A DNA stretch of 64,000 nt, taken from Bacteroidaceae bacterium (lineage in GTDB: Bacteria > Bacteroidota > Bacteroidia > Bacteroidales > Bacteroidaceae). Within the stretch, counting starts at the first letter, position 1. Every line of letters starts with the position of its first letter. Both the position numbers and the translations under genes were made by a program. Of this stretch, positions 1 through 9,947 are shown one piece after another. The notes under the pieces were generated by a model that saw only the letters and a program-made list of their open reading frames with translations, was not told the origin of the DNA and ran no database searches. The DNA is taken from contig JAFZWQ010000042.1 of NCBI GenBank assembly GCA_017617235.1, positions 18,401 through 82,400 on the forward strand, written 5' to 3'.

Positions 1-115
1 TGCGCAACAAACGAATCAGCACCTTACGTTGCAGAAATTCGGCATCCGTTGCGTATTGGTCCAGCTGTCGCAGGCGTGGAACGAATAGTTTCCTTATCAG
101 TCTAGTCTTATTCAT
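1..115 (-). CDS. First 38 codons of a CDS running off the left window edge. The N-terminus resembles Bacteroidota GH3-domain (auxin-responsive-promoter-like) proteins; this call is tentative.
   Basis: Hand translation of the reverse strand from the ATG at 115-113 gives MNKTRLIRKLFVPRLRQLDQYATDAEFLQRKVLIRLLR with no stop before position 1. Its ATG overlaps the TGA of the upstream aminotransferase (ATGA at 112-115). It is not in the ORF track because it is truncated. Confidence 0.4.
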   Translation of the reverse strand, partial: MNKTRLIRKLFVPRLRQLDQYATDAEFLQRKVLIRLLR

Positions 116-1308
116 TTCAGACGTGCCAAAGTTTCCTTGATGCGGCGCATTGCCTCGACGATGTTCTCGTCGCTTGTAGCGTAGCTCATGCGGAAACATT
201 CGGGGCTGCCAAAGGCATCGCCACCAACGGTAGCTACATGACCAACTTCCAACAGGTACATGGCCAGATCGCTGCTGGTGTTGATAAGACGTTCACCATC
301 GCGTTTGCCAAAGAAACTGCTGCATTTGGGGAACAAATAGAAGGCTCCTTGCGGATCGTTAACCTCCAATCCGGGAATCTCGCGGGCCAGACGTACGATG
401 AGGTTTTTACGGCGCTCGAAAGCCTGACGCATTTCTTCGACGCATTCCTGCGGACCAGCAAACGCCATCTCTGCTGCTTTCTGGCTGACGCTGCATGGGC
501 CGCTGGTGTACTGTCCCTGCAGCTTGTTGCAGGCCTTTACAATCCATTCGGGGGCGGCAATGAAACCAATGCGCCAACCTGTCATGGCATAGGCCTTGCT
601 GACACCATTGATGATGACTACGCGCTCTTTAATGTCTGGGAACTGTGCCATTGAGGCATGTTCGCCAATGTAGTTGATGTGCTCGTAGATTTCATCGGCA
701 ATTACGATTACACGTTCGTGCTTCAGCAAAACATTCTTCAGTGCCTCCAGCTCTTTGCGGCTGTAAACGGCACCAGTAGGGTTGCTGGGTGAACAAAGAA
801 TCAAGGCGCGTGTCTTGGGAGTAATGGCTGCTTCCAGTTGTTCAGGCGTAATCTTGAAGTCCTGTTCGATGCCGGCTTCGATGTACACAGGGGTACCGTC
901 GGCCAGAAGTACCATCTGGGGGTAACTTACCCAATAGGGGGCAGGAATGATGACTTCATCGCCTTCGCCCACTAAAGCCATAATGGTGTTGCACACGCTT
1001 TGTTTGGCACCGTTTGAACAGAGAATCTGTGCAGGGGTGTAGTCTACGCCGTTCTCACGCTTCAATTTTTCCACGATGGCCTGACGCAAAGCAGGATAGC
1101 CAGGTACGGGAGAATATCGGCTATAGTTGTCACGAACAGCCTGAATGGCAGCCTCTTTGATGTGTTCGGGCGTATTGAAGTCGGGTTCACCCACACTCAT
1201 GTTAATGATGTCAATACCTTGTGCCTTCAGTTCACCACTACGCTGACTCATGGCCAGTGTGGCACTGGGCGACAGTCTGTTCATTCTCTCAGATAACATT
1301 GTTTCCAT
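112..1308 (-). CDS. aspC: Class I PLP-dependent aspartate aminotransferase
   Basis: 398-aa ORF. Motifs SVGEPDFNTP, CSPSNPTG and SKAYAMTGWRIG (PLP lysine) are typical of AspC/AspB-type aminotransferases. Confidence 0.9.
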   Translation of the reverse strand: METMLSERMNRLSPSATLAMSQRSGELKAQGIDIINMSVGEPDFNTPEHIKEAAIQAVRDNYSRYSPVPGYPALRQAIVEKLKRENGVDYTPAQILCSNGAKQSVCNTIMALVGEGDEVIIPAPYWVSYPQMVLLADGTPVYIEAGIEQDFKITPEQLEAAITPKTRALILCSPSNPTGAVYSRKELEALKNVLLKHERVIVIADEIYEHINYIGEHASMAQFPDIKERVVIINGVSKAYAMTGWRIGFIAAPEWIVKACNKLQGQYTSGPCSVSQKAAEMAFAGPQECVEEMRQAFERRKNLIVRLAREIPGLEVNDPQGAFYLFPKCSSFFGKRDGERLINTSSDLAMYLLEVGHVATVGGDAFGSPECFRMSYATSDENIVEAMRRIKETLARLK

Positions 1309-1346
1309 AGTATATTAATTTTGCTTTTGTTATTTCATTTTATTGT

Positions 1347-2546
1347 TTACAACTTATGTCCCATGCGGTTTTTCTTCGTCTCGAGGTAGCGACGGTTGTA
1401 TTCGTTGGGTTCGATGACGATAGGTACGTTTTCCACGATTTCCAATCCGTAACCCTCCAGTCCTACGCGTTTCACGGGATTGTTTGTGATGAGTCTAATC
1501 TTTCCAACTCCTAAACTACGCAGAATCTGTGCACCTACGCCATAATCGCGTTCATCAGGCTGGAATCCTAGGTGGATGTTGGCATCCACAGTATCATCGC
1601 CCTGCTCCTGCAACTTGTAGGCGGCTATTTTATTCATCAGTCCTATTCCACGTCCTTCTTGGCTAAGGTACACTACTACGCCTTTGCCTTCGTGTTCGAT
1701 AAGCTCCATTGCTTTGTGCAGTTGCTCGCCACAGTCGCAGCGCTTGCTACCGAAAATGTCGCCTGTCATGCAGCTTGAATGCATTCTTACCAATACGGGT
1801 TCGTCTTCTTTCCACTCGCCCTTGAATAAAGCCACGTGTTCCAGCCCATTGCTTTTCTGACGGAAGGGTACAATGCGGAAGTGTCCGTGTTCAGTGGGCA
1901 TATCTGCTTCCACGCCTTTCTCTACCAGTGATTCGCGTTGCAGACGGTAAGTGATGAGGTCCTTGATGGTGATGATGCGCAGTCCGAACTTCTTTGCGAC
2001 TTCCTGCAACTGGGGCATACGTGCCATTGTTCCGTCCTCGTTAAGAATCTCGATAAGTGCCGATGCGGGTTGCAATCCGGCCAGTCGGGCCAGGTCGATA
2101 GCTGCCTCGGTGTGTCCAGCGCGACGTAGCACACCTTTATCCTGAGCGTAGAGTGGATTGATGTGACCAGGTCGGCCAAAGTCTGATGGCTTGCGTGTGG
2201 GGTCGGCCAGTGCACGAATGGTAGCGGCACGGTCGTGGGCACTGACTCCCGTTGTGCAACCCTCCAGCAAATCAACGGTTACCGTAAATGGCGTTCCTAA
2301 CATCGAGGTGTTCTCTTCCACTTGATGGGCCAGTTGCAGTTCTTCGGCACGGCTGATGGTAATGGGTGCACACAATACGCCACGCCCGTTTTGCAGCATG
2401 AAGTTGACCTTCTCTGCCGTTATGGTCTCTGCTGCGGTGATGAAATCACCTTCGTTTTCACGGTCTTCATCGTCGACTACAATGATGAACTTCCCTTGTC
2501 GGAAGTCCTCAATCGCCAGTTCGATGTTTCTTAAGTTCTCACTCAT
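1347..2546 (-). CDS. ribBA: Bifunctional 3,4-dihydroxy-2-butanone-4-phosphate synthase / GTP cyclohydrolase II
   Basis: 399 aa. N-terminal DHBP synthase motif [14 protein letters not shown]-terminal GTP cyclohydrolase II cysteine cluster [18 protein letters not shown]. Overlaps the upstream permease gene by 8 nt. Confidence 0.95.
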   Translation of the reverse strand: MSENLRNIELAIEDFRQGKFIIVVDDEDRENEGDFITAAETITAEKVNFMLQNGRGVLCAPITISRAEELQLAHQVEENTSMLGTPFTVTVDLLEGCTTGVSAHDRAATIRALADPTRKPSDFGRPGHINPLYAQDKGVLRRAGHTEAAIDLARLAGLQPASALIEILNEDGTMARMPQLQEVAKKFGLRIITIKDLITYRLQRESLVEKGVEADMPTEHGHFRIVPFRQKSNGLEHVALFKGEWKEDEPVLVRMHSSCMTGDIFGSKRCDCGEQLHKAMELIEHEGKGVVVYLSQEGRGIGLMNKIAAYKLQEQGDDTVDANIHLGFQPDERDYGVGAQILRSLGVGKIRLITNNPVKRVGLEGYGLEIVENVPIVIEPNEYNRRYLETKKNRMGHKL

Positions 2547-4455
2547 ATATTTCGTTTATTTTTCCAATTCGGTTTATGATGTTCTGGGTCTGTTCTTGTA
2601 TGACCGCCATGTCGCGCAAGAGTCGCAAGCGGTAGCGCCATATGCGGAACCAGAAGAAAAGGCCTAAGGGCAGAAAAATTCCTGCTGCCATATTCCAACG
2701 GACATTATCGAAGGGGCGTGTGTGCGCATCGGGCACTAATACGGGTAACTCGTTCAACATCATCACCAGTCGTGTGTCTCTGCTGTTGTGCAGTTCTTCG
2801 ATTATGGCTTCCAATCGTTCATCTATGTCTGCTACAACTGTGTCCTTCTCATATTCAAAGAATATTTTCTTGTAGTTAGGCATGCGCACCAGATGCTTCT
2901 CTTCGACATAGCTTTTGCAATCGTTTTGCAGTTCTGTCATCTGCTGACACAGCTTGGGGTAGTCCGGCTCGTTGATTATTACATCCTTTCGATTCAGTTT
3001 GCGTGATTCGCGCAGTCCGAACAGCCGCATAAAGAACATGCGGTATCCCTCGATGTTAAAGACGGCTGAATCTTGATTCGACTTGTAGGTCAGGAATACT
3101 CCTAAAGGAGCTAGTACCATGCTGCTGAGCCATACTCCAAAGGGAATGTACCATATGCCAGTCTTGGCCAATTTCTCGCCGCTGACGTTAATGATATAGT
3201 AGAAAATAAAAATGCTTACGCTGATAATGACGGGCATACCTAATCCGCCCTTGCGGATGATAGCCCCTAAGGGTGCTCCAATGAAGAAGAAAAGCATGCA
3301 GGCCAGCGAATAGGTGAACTTCTTGTGCTCTTCCACTTTGTGAACACGCAACATGCGGTTGTCCTCATCCGTCAGCAATCTGCGGAACTCGTATTCGGCC
3401 TGCAGTTGGCGCACTTTTGATGTCGCGGTTCGTATCGTGGATTGAAGTTGTTCGTGGCTGAGATTCTTATACAGTGTATCGAATGGTAATGTTTTTTCTA
3501 CTTCTGCTACGATTCGTGCCGAATCTTTGGAATCTTTATGGATTAACTGGCGTTCCATGGAAGTACGGCATTCCATTTCATAAACACTGGCTCCCACACT
3601 GTCTATACGGTGTGTTAAGGAGTCTATGCCCAATCGGATACTCTGTAGATCCTTGGTTTGTGCATTGCCTGCGAACAGCGAGGCATCCGTGATGTTGAAG
3701 TTCCCATCAAATTCAATCAGGTCAACTTCGTGGGCAAATGTCTCACGCATATAGGGCACTTGGGCCTTCATCATGTTGGCACTGCGGCTATCCATATTGC
3801 GAAATCGTTCGCCGCTGTACAGGGTCAGCATCAAGTGCATCTTGTCGGCAGTGCTTTGTAAGCGTGCCGAGTCGGCCAGTACGATTTGTGTGTCTTCCTG
3901 GGTGTTGGCATTACTATAAATCATTACGCCATACAGCATGCCTGTTTTCTGGTCTTTGCGTTCCACGAAGATGTTGTATCCTGGAATCTCGCTATAGAAC
4001 ACCCCCTCGGGGATTTCCAATTCGGGCGACTTCTGTTTCATCGACCATATCAAGGCAGCCAGTCGCTTAGTGGCTTCGGGTGCGATGCTGTTTTGAAAAT
4101 AGAAGCTGCAACCGCACAAAACAAGGACTACCACAAAAAGGGGACTTAGTATTCGCAAGAGGGGAACTCCTGCGGCTTTCATAGCTAACAATTCTAATTT
4201 CTCGCCCATGTTACCAAAAGTGATAAGCGAGGCCAGCAATACACCGGGGGGCAGGGCAGCAGGTACGAAGTTCAGAGCCATATACCAAAAGAACTTTCCC
4301 AATACCTCCATAGACAGTCCCTTGCCAATCAATTCATCGATGTAACGCCATGTATATTGCATCATGAACACGAATAGACAAACGAAGAATGTTGCTGCAA
4401 ACAGCTGCAGAAACGCCTTCAGGATAAACAGGTCTAATCGTTTAATGATTCGCAT
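2539..4455 (-). CDS. LptF/LptG (YjgP/YjgQ) family permease, long Bacteroidota form
   Basis: The ORF-track frame was trimmed to the ATG at 4455 ([15 protein letters not shown]...), because a consensus promoter lies at 4485-4516, inside the longer ORF. It has multiple TM segments at both ends and a large central soluble domain. Confidence 0.85.
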   Translation of the reverse strand: MRIIKRLDLFILKAFLQLFAATFFVCLFVFMMQYTWRYIDELIGKGLSMEVLGKFFWYMALNFVPAALPPGVLLASLITFGNMGEKLELLAMKAAGVPLLRILSPLFVVVLVLCGCSFYFQNSIAPEATKRLAALIWSMKQKSPELEIPEGVFYSEIPGYNIFVERKDQKTGMLYGVMIYSNANTQEDTQIVLADSARLQSTADKMHLMLTLYSGERFRNMDSRSANMMKAQVPYMRETFAHEVDLIEFDGNFNITDASLFAGNAQTKDLQSIRLGIDSLTHRIDSVGASVYEMECRTSMERQLIHKDSKDSARIVAEVEKTLPFDTLYKNLSHEQLQSTIRTATSKVRQLQAEYEFRRLLTDEDNRMLRVHKVEEHKKFTYSLACMLFFFIGAPLGAIIRKGGLGMPVIISVSIFIFYYIINVSGEKLAKTGIWYIPFGVWLSSMVLAPLGVFLTYKSNQDSAVFNIEGYRMFFMRLFGLRESRKLNRKDVIINEPDYPKLCQQMTELQNDCKSYVEEKHLVRMPNYKKIFFEYEKDTVVADIDERLEAIIEELHNSRDTRLVMMLNELPVLVPDAHTRPFDNVRWNMAAGIFLPLGLFFWFRIWRYRLRLLRDMAVIQEQTQNIINRIGKINEIYE

Positions 4456-4484
4456 ATACGTGTGTGCGCACATTATTCGGGGCA

Positions 4485-4516
4485 CAAAGATACGAATAAG
4501 TGAGCGATAAAACAAA
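4485..4516 (-). promoter_or_regulatory. Bacteroidota sigma-A type promoter for the LptF/G-ribBA(-aspC) operon
   Basis: The minus strand reads TTTG (4516-4513), a 20-nt spacer, then TATCTTTG (4492-4485). This is an exact match to the TTTG-N19-21-TAnnTTTG consensus, about 30 nt upstream of the ATG at 4455. Confidence 0.7.
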
Positions 4517-4541
4517 TTTATAAAAAAAAACGCACCTTTTC

Positions 4542-4572
4542 TTTGCAGATTCGGAAATTTAACCTACCTTTG
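4542..4572 (+). promoter_or_regulatory. Bacteroidota sigma-A type promoter for the tRNA gene
   Basis: TTTG (4542-4545), a 19-nt spacer, then TACCTTTG (4565-4572). It is divergent from the LptF/G promoter and lies about 43 nt upstream of the tRNA 5' end. Confidence 0.7.
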
Positions 4573-4614
4573 CACCGCATTTCGAGAGAGATGCCTCGTT
4601 CTTAGGACAAGGAT

Positions 4615-4688
4615 GGCGGGATAGCTCAGCTGGTTAGAGCGTCGGATTCATAATCCGAAGGTCAAGGGTTCAAGTCCCTTTCCCGCTA
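4615..4688 (+). tRNA. tRNA with CAT anticodon. Called Met; a lysidine-modified Ile2 cannot be excluded from sequence alone.
   Basis: Folded by hand. Acceptor stem GGCGGGA/TCCCGCT (G1-U72 wobble). D arm GCTC-AGCTGGTTA-GAGC. Anticodon stem TCGGA/TCCGA with loop TTCATAA. T arm AAGGG-TTCAAGT-CCCTT. Discriminator A. No encoded CCA. Confidence 0.9.
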
Positions 4689-4690
4689 CG

Positions 4691-4724
4691 AAGAAGGCGA
4701 CCCAACGGGCCGCCTTCTTTTTTT
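4691..4724 (+). terminator. Rho-independent terminator after the tRNA
   Basis: AAGAAGGCG...CGCCTTCTT forms a perfect 9-bp stem, with an inner CCC/GGG extension, followed by a T7 run. Confidence 0.8.
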
Positions 4725-4736
4725 CGTATTTTGTCA

Positions 4737-7418
4737 TTATCTTCCGTGGCTCTTAACCAAACCACGTATCTTTTCATTTAAGGCTGTGTTTTCCATCAAT
4801 TTTTCCAGTGTCAGATGCATGCGCCAGCGCCAATAGTGGCGTGGATTGGCAGGAACATTGATGCGTTCATCCTCAGCTCGTGGATTACGTACACTTTCAT
4901 CAATGGCAAGCCAGTCCTGCAGGCTAAGCAGACAAAGCATGGAGGGACACTCGAGGTGGCGGCTTACGATTTCCTCGGCGATAGCACCAGACATGGGGTG
5001 CTGGGCCTGACCATCATGGTAGAGCATCTGATTGTAATACCGCTGGGCCGTCTCTCGCTGTTCGTCCCACCAACCGCGCAAGGTGGGCATGTCATGTGTG
5101 GAGATGGTGGCAACGCTGCGATAGGGATTCTCCCATAGGTTAGCAAACTGCACCCAGCCCTTCTTTGGCATGGTCTGAATTTCGAGAGTAAGAATACCCA
5201 ATTCGTCCATCACCCAAGGTACACATTGAGGTATCATGCCCAGGTCTTCGGCACATACTAACATGCGTGTAGCACCCACTAGCGTTGGCAGTTTTTTCAT
5301 GGATTCCTCGTACCAGAATTGGTTATGCCGATGGTGGAAGTAGTGTTCGTGGATACGATTGAAAGCATCCTTTTCCCAGTCACCAAGGTCCTCGAATAAG
5401 AAGTCGTGCATAGCCACGATACGAGGATGGAAATGGTCGGGCATTTGTTTGTCGCGCAGGAATAGCACATTGCTGATGAGACGATACAGACCGTCACGAA
5501 TTTTCTCGCTGTGTGCATCAACTTTACCGTTAAGGGCAGCTTCAACTTTGCGTTGGGTGTCAAATTCGCGTTTCATACTGTAGCGTCCGTTGCCACAGGA
5601 ATCGAGATAGAGACGGCGAACATCCGAGGTGTCGTCTCCAAAGATGCGGTTCAGAATGCGATCCGTAATATATGGACGGGTATAGGTGTCTTCGCGCCAA
5701 GGAAGCCCGAAACTCTCAATTTCCTCTATACTCATGGGTAGTGCGGGGGAGAAATGCCCTAGCAGCCCATGTACGCTGTCCTTTGGAATTTCCCAGATAC
5801 GAAAGAAACCCAAAACGTGGTCGATACGATAGGCATCGAAATATTCGGCCATTTTCTCGAAACGACGACGCCACCATTTGCAACCATCAGCCAGCATAGC
5901 CTGCCAATTATAAGTGGGAAAGCCCCAATTCTGTCCATTCCGGCTAAAATAATCGGGTGGGGCACCTGCCTGTCCGTCAAGGTTGAAATAGTGTGGCTCG
6001 GTCCAGGCTTCCACGCTGGTGGCACTGATTCCGATGGGGATGTCGCCTTTCAGCATAACACTCTTCTCGCGAGCATGACGCTGTACCTCGCACAGTTGCT
6101 CGTGCAGAATAAATTGGATGTAACAGTTTAGGTCGATTTCATCGGCACTTTCCGTACCTTTCTTCGTTAGTTTCTTAACCTCAGTTGCCTTGTACGTACT
6201 CATCTTTCCCCATTGATGGAAGTTGGGTGTGCCATAATGGTCACGCAGATAGCAGTAGGCGGCATATGGGATAAGCCATTCCTCGTTACGGGCAAAGAAT
6301 GTCTTATAGTCTTTTGTGTTCTGTACGTTTTTCCACTCTTGCTGGAATAGATGACGTAAGTAACTGCGTTTGGCCTCCATCACATGCTCGTAATCGAGAT
6401 GGACCAGTGCGTTCAACTTTTTTTGTTGTGCCTGATATTCCATCCGAAGTTCTGCATCCTTCAGGGGTGGCAGTGCGTCTAAATTGGCGTAGATGGGATG
6501 CAACGCATAAATACTGATGGCATTGTAAGGGTACGAATCGGTCCAACGGCCCGTAAGTGTAGTATCGTTTATGGGTAGGATTTGTAGAGCGTGCTGACCC
6601 GTTATGGATACCCAGTCCACCATACGGAGAAGGTCGCCGAAGTCTCCGACACCAAAACTATGCTCGCTACGCAAACTGAAGACTGGTATGACGCAACCTG
6701 CCCCTCGCCATGGCGCTAATGGCAAACGAACGGGACTATCTTCAATAACTATGCTCATGCCTTTTTCGATATTGGGCTTATCGAGCAGACGGTTATCGTG
6801 AAGCTCCCATGTGCGTTGTCCGGTTTTGTTGTCGATGGTCAGGTATTTGTATTCCAAAGTACCTTCAACCTTTGTTAAATCGAGACTTATTGCCCATTCA
6901 TTGGGACCTATGGGTACCAAATGAACTTCACTTCCTTGCTGCCAGTTCCCCAGTAACGGCTGGCTGCCCAGCAGAGCTAACGTGTGTCCTTGAGGAACAT
7001 CGGGAGCAAAGACACGCAGGGTCAGTATTTTCTCGGCATTGCATACGGGCCAGGGCTGGAGGGTATGGTGTAGGAAGGCTTCTGTAAAGGCACTGGTAAA
7101 CAAGTATTGTTCGGTGGGACGGTCACGCCAGTGGTCTGCTACGACTATGCGGTGACGCCCTTGGGGTAGGGCGAATGTACGCGGAAGCATGTTCCATTCG
7201 CGGCGCACCACCTCATCCCCATTCTCAATGTAATACTGATAGTCGATAGTTACGGCGCTGGCTGGCAGGGCGTAGTCTCCACTCCACCAATAGCCATCGA
7301 GAGTAGAAAGGGAAAACTGGGTAGAGGATTCTTTACCTGTTTTCGTGTGCCATGTCAACTGTACGGAAACATGCTCTCCCCACACCGTTTGGTAGGGTAT
7401 TTTGAAACCTATATTCAT
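4737..7418 (-). CDS. malQ: 4-alpha-glucanotransferase (amylomaltase, GH77) with N-terminal starch-binding-like domains
   Basis: Catalytic-region motifs YRIDHVLGFFRIWEIP and GFPTYNWQAM. The ORF track begins at a TTG (7442), but a TATCTTTG -7 box covers 7440-7447, so I use the ATG at 7418 (MNIGFKIPYQT...). Confidence 0.9.
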   Translation of the reverse strand: MNIGFKIPYQTVWGEHVSVQLTWHTKTGKESSTQFSLSTLDGYWWSGDYALPASAVTIDYQYYIENGDEVVRREWNMLPRTFALPQGRHRIVVADHWRDRPTEQYLFTSAFTEAFLHHTLQPWPVCNAEKILTLRVFAPDVPQGHTLALLGSQPLLGNWQQGSEVHLVPIGPNEWAISLDLTKVEGTLEYKYLTIDNKTGQRTWELHDNRLLDKPNIEKGMSIVIEDSPVRLPLAPWRGAGCVIPVFSLRSEHSFGVGDFGDLLRMVDWVSITGQHALQILPINDTTLTGRWTDSYPYNAISIYALHPIYANLDALPPLKDAELRMEYQAQQKKLNALVHLDYEHVMEAKRSYLRHLFQQEWKNVQNTKDYKTFFARNEEWLIPYAAYCYLRDHYGTPNFHQWGKMSTYKATEVKKLTKKGTESADEIDLNCYIQFILHEQLCEVQRHAREKSVMLKGDIPIGISATSVEAWTEPHYFNLDGQAGAPPDYFSRNGQNWGFPTYNWQAMLADGCKWWRRRFEKMAEYFDAYRIDHVLGFFRIWEIPKDSVHGLLGHFSPALPMSIEEIESFGLPWREDTYTRPYITDRILNRIFGDDTSDVRRLYLDSCGNGRYSMKREFDTQRKVEAALNGKVDAHSEKIRDGLYRLISNVLFLRDKQMPDHFHPRIVAMHDFLFEDLGDWEKDAFNRIHEHYFHHRHNQFWYEESMKKLPTLVGATRMLVCAEDLGMIPQCVPWVMDELGILTLEIQTMPKKGWVQFANLWENPYRSVATISTHDMPTLRGWWDEQRETAQRYYNQMLYHDGQAQHPMSGAIAEEIVSRHLECPSMLCLLSLQDWLAIDESVRNPRAEDERINVPANPRHYWRWRMHLTLEKLMENTALNEKIRGLVKSHGR

Positions 7419-7439
7419 GGTATTTGGGTTTATTTGCTC

Positions 7440-7447
7440 CAAAGATA
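7440..7447 (-). promoter_or_regulatory. -7 box (TATCTTTG) of the malQ promoter
   Basis: Exact TAnnTTTG on the minus strand, 21 nt upstream of the ATG at 7418. I found no clean TTTG -33 element. Confidence 0.5.
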
Positions 7448-7499
7448 AGTAAAAATTGAGAAATAATTACTATCTTCGTCCCATAAAACTTATGAAAAG

Positions 7500-9941
7500 A
7501 TGAAAAGATTTCTCTTCCCCCTGTTTTTTGTGGTTATGACGATGTCGGCTTGGTGTCAACGTTGTGAAATCTTGCTGACTACGGACTGGCAGTTTTATCA
7601 AGGAGATGTATCAGAGACAAAAAACGCTGATTCCATCGAAAAAGATTGGTCTTCGGTGAGCCTGCCACACGACTGGGCCATAGCTGGGCCCTTCGACAAG
7701 AAATGGGACTTACAGGTGGTTCGTATTGAGCAGAACGGTGAAAAGGAGGCTACAGAGAAAAGCGGTCGCTCCGGCTCGCTGCCCTGGATAGGCGAAGGAC
7801 ACTATCGCCGGATGTTGAACATACCCTGTGGATTTGAACGGGCAGAACTGGTGTTCGATGGGGCAATGTCGGAGCCGACGATCAGAGTTAATGGCCGACA
7901 GGCGGGCTATTGGGCTTATGGTTACAATGCTTTTCGTGTCGATATCACATCCTACGTTCACGAGGGCGAGAACCTATTGGAGGTGGACCTGAAAAATATG
8001 GAAGAGAGTTCGCGCTGGTATCCAGGAGCGGGACTATATCGTCCAGTGACGCTTATACTGGCCCCACGTACCCATCTCGACGATTGGAGCCTCTATTTTC
8101 ATACCATCGACAATCGAAATGGAAAGGCCTCTGTTGAAATTGTGGGTAGAGCTGTAGATGCTGTTCCGGATGTGTTGGCCAGCCTCGTGTTGTTGGATTC
8201 CGATGGCCGGTCTGTGGCTAAAGCCGAACGGTTGCGACTGGCTGACGATGGTAGTTTCCATGCAACCATGCAGGTGAACAACCCACAGTGGTGGTCGCCT
8301 GAAATGCCCAGTATGTATACGCTTACTGCCAGTCTTCAAGACGCTGATGGAAAACTTATCGACAAAAAAAGTATTAAGACGGGCATCCGTACCGTCCGCG
8401 TCAGTCGTGAACAAGGTTTTCAACTCAATGGGCAAACACGCAAACTGAAAGGTGTCTGCCTGCATCACGACCTTGGTCCGTTAGGAGCCGCCATTAATAA
8501 GGCCGCACTCATCCGACAGATAAAAATAATGAAGGAGATGGGGTGCGATGCTATTCGTACGGCGCATAACATGCCAAGCCAGTGGCAGATGGAAATATGT
8601 GATTCATTGGGCATGATGGTTATGGCCGAGTCTTTCGATATGTGGCTTTATCCGAAATGTAGGAATGGTTATGCCCGTTTCTTTCGTGAGTGGGCCGACC
8701 GAGACATTACGAATTTAGTATTGGCCAATCGTAACCATCCATCGATAGTGATGTGGTCGATAGGTAACGAAATTCCCGAGCAATGGAGCGAGGAAGGTCG
8801 TCAGATTGCCATTCGCCTGCAAGGTTTATGCCACAGTCTCGATCCCTCGCGTCCCGTTACCCAAGGCATGGACCGCATTGACAATGCCCTGAACAGTGGT
8901 TTTGCTCAGGCTATGGATGTTCCTGGCCTGAACTATCGTCTTCCTCGTTACCAGGCAGCCTACGACCGTTTGCCGCAGGGCTTCTTATTAGGCTCTGAAA
9001 CTGCTTCGACGGTATCGTCGCGTGGCACGTATTATTTCCCTGTTATCCCCACAAACAAGGGTACTCATCCCGATGGACAGTGCTCGGGTTACGATGTGGA
9101 ATGGTGTTCTTGGTCTAATCTTCCCGACGACGATTGGCGCTGGCAGGACGATAAAGACTGGGTCATCGGTGAATTCGTGTGGACGGGTTTCGACTATCTG
9201 GGTGAGCCTACACCCTATGATGAGTACTGGCCCAGCCGCAGTTCTTACTTTGGCATCTGCGATTTGGCCGGACTTCCTAAAGACCGCTACTACCTGTACC
9301 GTTCGCATTGGAATACCCAGGAACATACCATTTACCTGCTACCGCATTGGACCTGGGGGAAAGAACGTCGCGGACAGGTAATCCCTGTCTATTGCTACAC
9401 GGACTATCCCAGCGCTGAACTCTTCGTAAACGGAAAGAGTCAGGGACGAATCAGTAAGAATCCAGAAGAACGACTGGATCGCTACCGTTTGCGCTGGAAT
9501 GATGTGAAGTACGAACCAGGAGAACTGCGTGTCGTTGTTTACGACGAACAAGGACAGAAGGCAGGCGAAAAGACGATAAGGACTGCAGGCAAAGTATCCC
9601 AACTGAAGTTCGATGTATGGACACAGCACGATGCTACGTGGTTGCAGGCCGATGGCGAAGACCTGGCCTTCGTCGCCGTATCGCTTGTCGATGCCAAGGG
9701 CACTTTCGTCCCCGATGCCGACGACCAGCTGACCTTCGAGGTAACAGGTGCAGGCCGTTTTGAGGCTGTATGCAATGGCGATGCAACCAGCCTGGAATCC
9801 TTCAAGCAACCAACGATGAAACTGTTCAATGGCCAGCTTGTTGTTGTCCTTCGCAGTAGCCGTCAGGCTGGTCAGCTTATGTTGAAGGTTCGCGACACAC
9901 AACGCAAACTGACTAAGTCGATAATTATACCAACGAAGTAA
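7500..9941 (+). CDS. Glycoside hydrolase family 2 (beta-galactosidase-like), secreted
   Basis: 813 aa with a signal peptide. GH2 sugar-binding region DWQFYQGD...LPHDW. Also NHPSIVMWSIGNEIPE (acid/base region) and EFVWTGFDYLGEP (nucleophile region). Confidence 0.9.
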   Translation: MKRFLFPLFFVVMTMSAWCQRCEILLTTDWQFYQGDVSETKNADSIEKDWSSVSLPHDWAIAGPFDKKWDLQVVRIEQNGEKEATEKSGRSGSLPWIGEGHYRRMLNIPCGFERAELVFDGAMSEPTIRVNGRQAGYWAYGYNAFRVDITSYVHEGENLLEVDLKNMEESSRWYPGAGLYRPVTLILAPRTHLDDWSLYFHTIDNRNGKASVEIVGRAVDAVPDVLASLVLLDSDGRSVAKAERLRLADDGSFHATMQVNNPQWWSPEMPSMYTLTASLQDADGKLIDKKSIKTGIRTVRVSREQGFQLNGQTRKLKGVCLHHDLGPLGAAINKAALIRQIKIMKEMGCDAIRTAHNMPSQWQMEICDSLGMMVMAESFDMWLYPKCRNGYARFFREWADRDITNLVLANRNHPSIVMWSIGNEIPEQWSEEGRQIAIRLQGLCHSLDPSRPVTQGMDRIDNALNSGFAQAMDVPGLNYRLPRYQAAYDRLPQGFLLGSETASTVSSRGTYYFPVIPTNKGTHPDGQCSGYDVEWCSWSNLPDDDWRWQDDKDWVIGEFVWTGFDYLGEPTPYDEYWPSRSSYFGICDLAGLPKDRYYLYRSHWNTQEHTIYLLPHWTWGKERRGQVIPVYCYTDYPSAELFVNGKSQGRISKNPEERLDRYRLRWNDVKYEPGELRVVVYDEQGQKAGEKTIRTAGKVSQLKFDVWTQHDATWLQADGEDLAFVAVSLVDAKGTFVPDADDQLTFEVTGAGRFEAVCNGDATSLESFKQPTMKLFNGQLVVVLRSSRQAGQLMLKVRDTQRKLTKSIIIPTK

Positions 9942-9947
9942 TTGACA

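Noticed and set aside
4615-4736. tRNA-Met as the boundary of an integrated element
   Set aside because: There is no integrase, no direct repeat of the tRNA 3' end and no compositional shift next to it. The neighbours are malQ and an LptF/G operon.
9942-9947. Convergent GH2 and sialidase stop codons only 6 nt apart, with no terminator between them
   Set aside because: This is real, but probably just tight packing. Any terminators must lie inside the opposing coding regions, and I could not identify convincing ones, so no claim is made.
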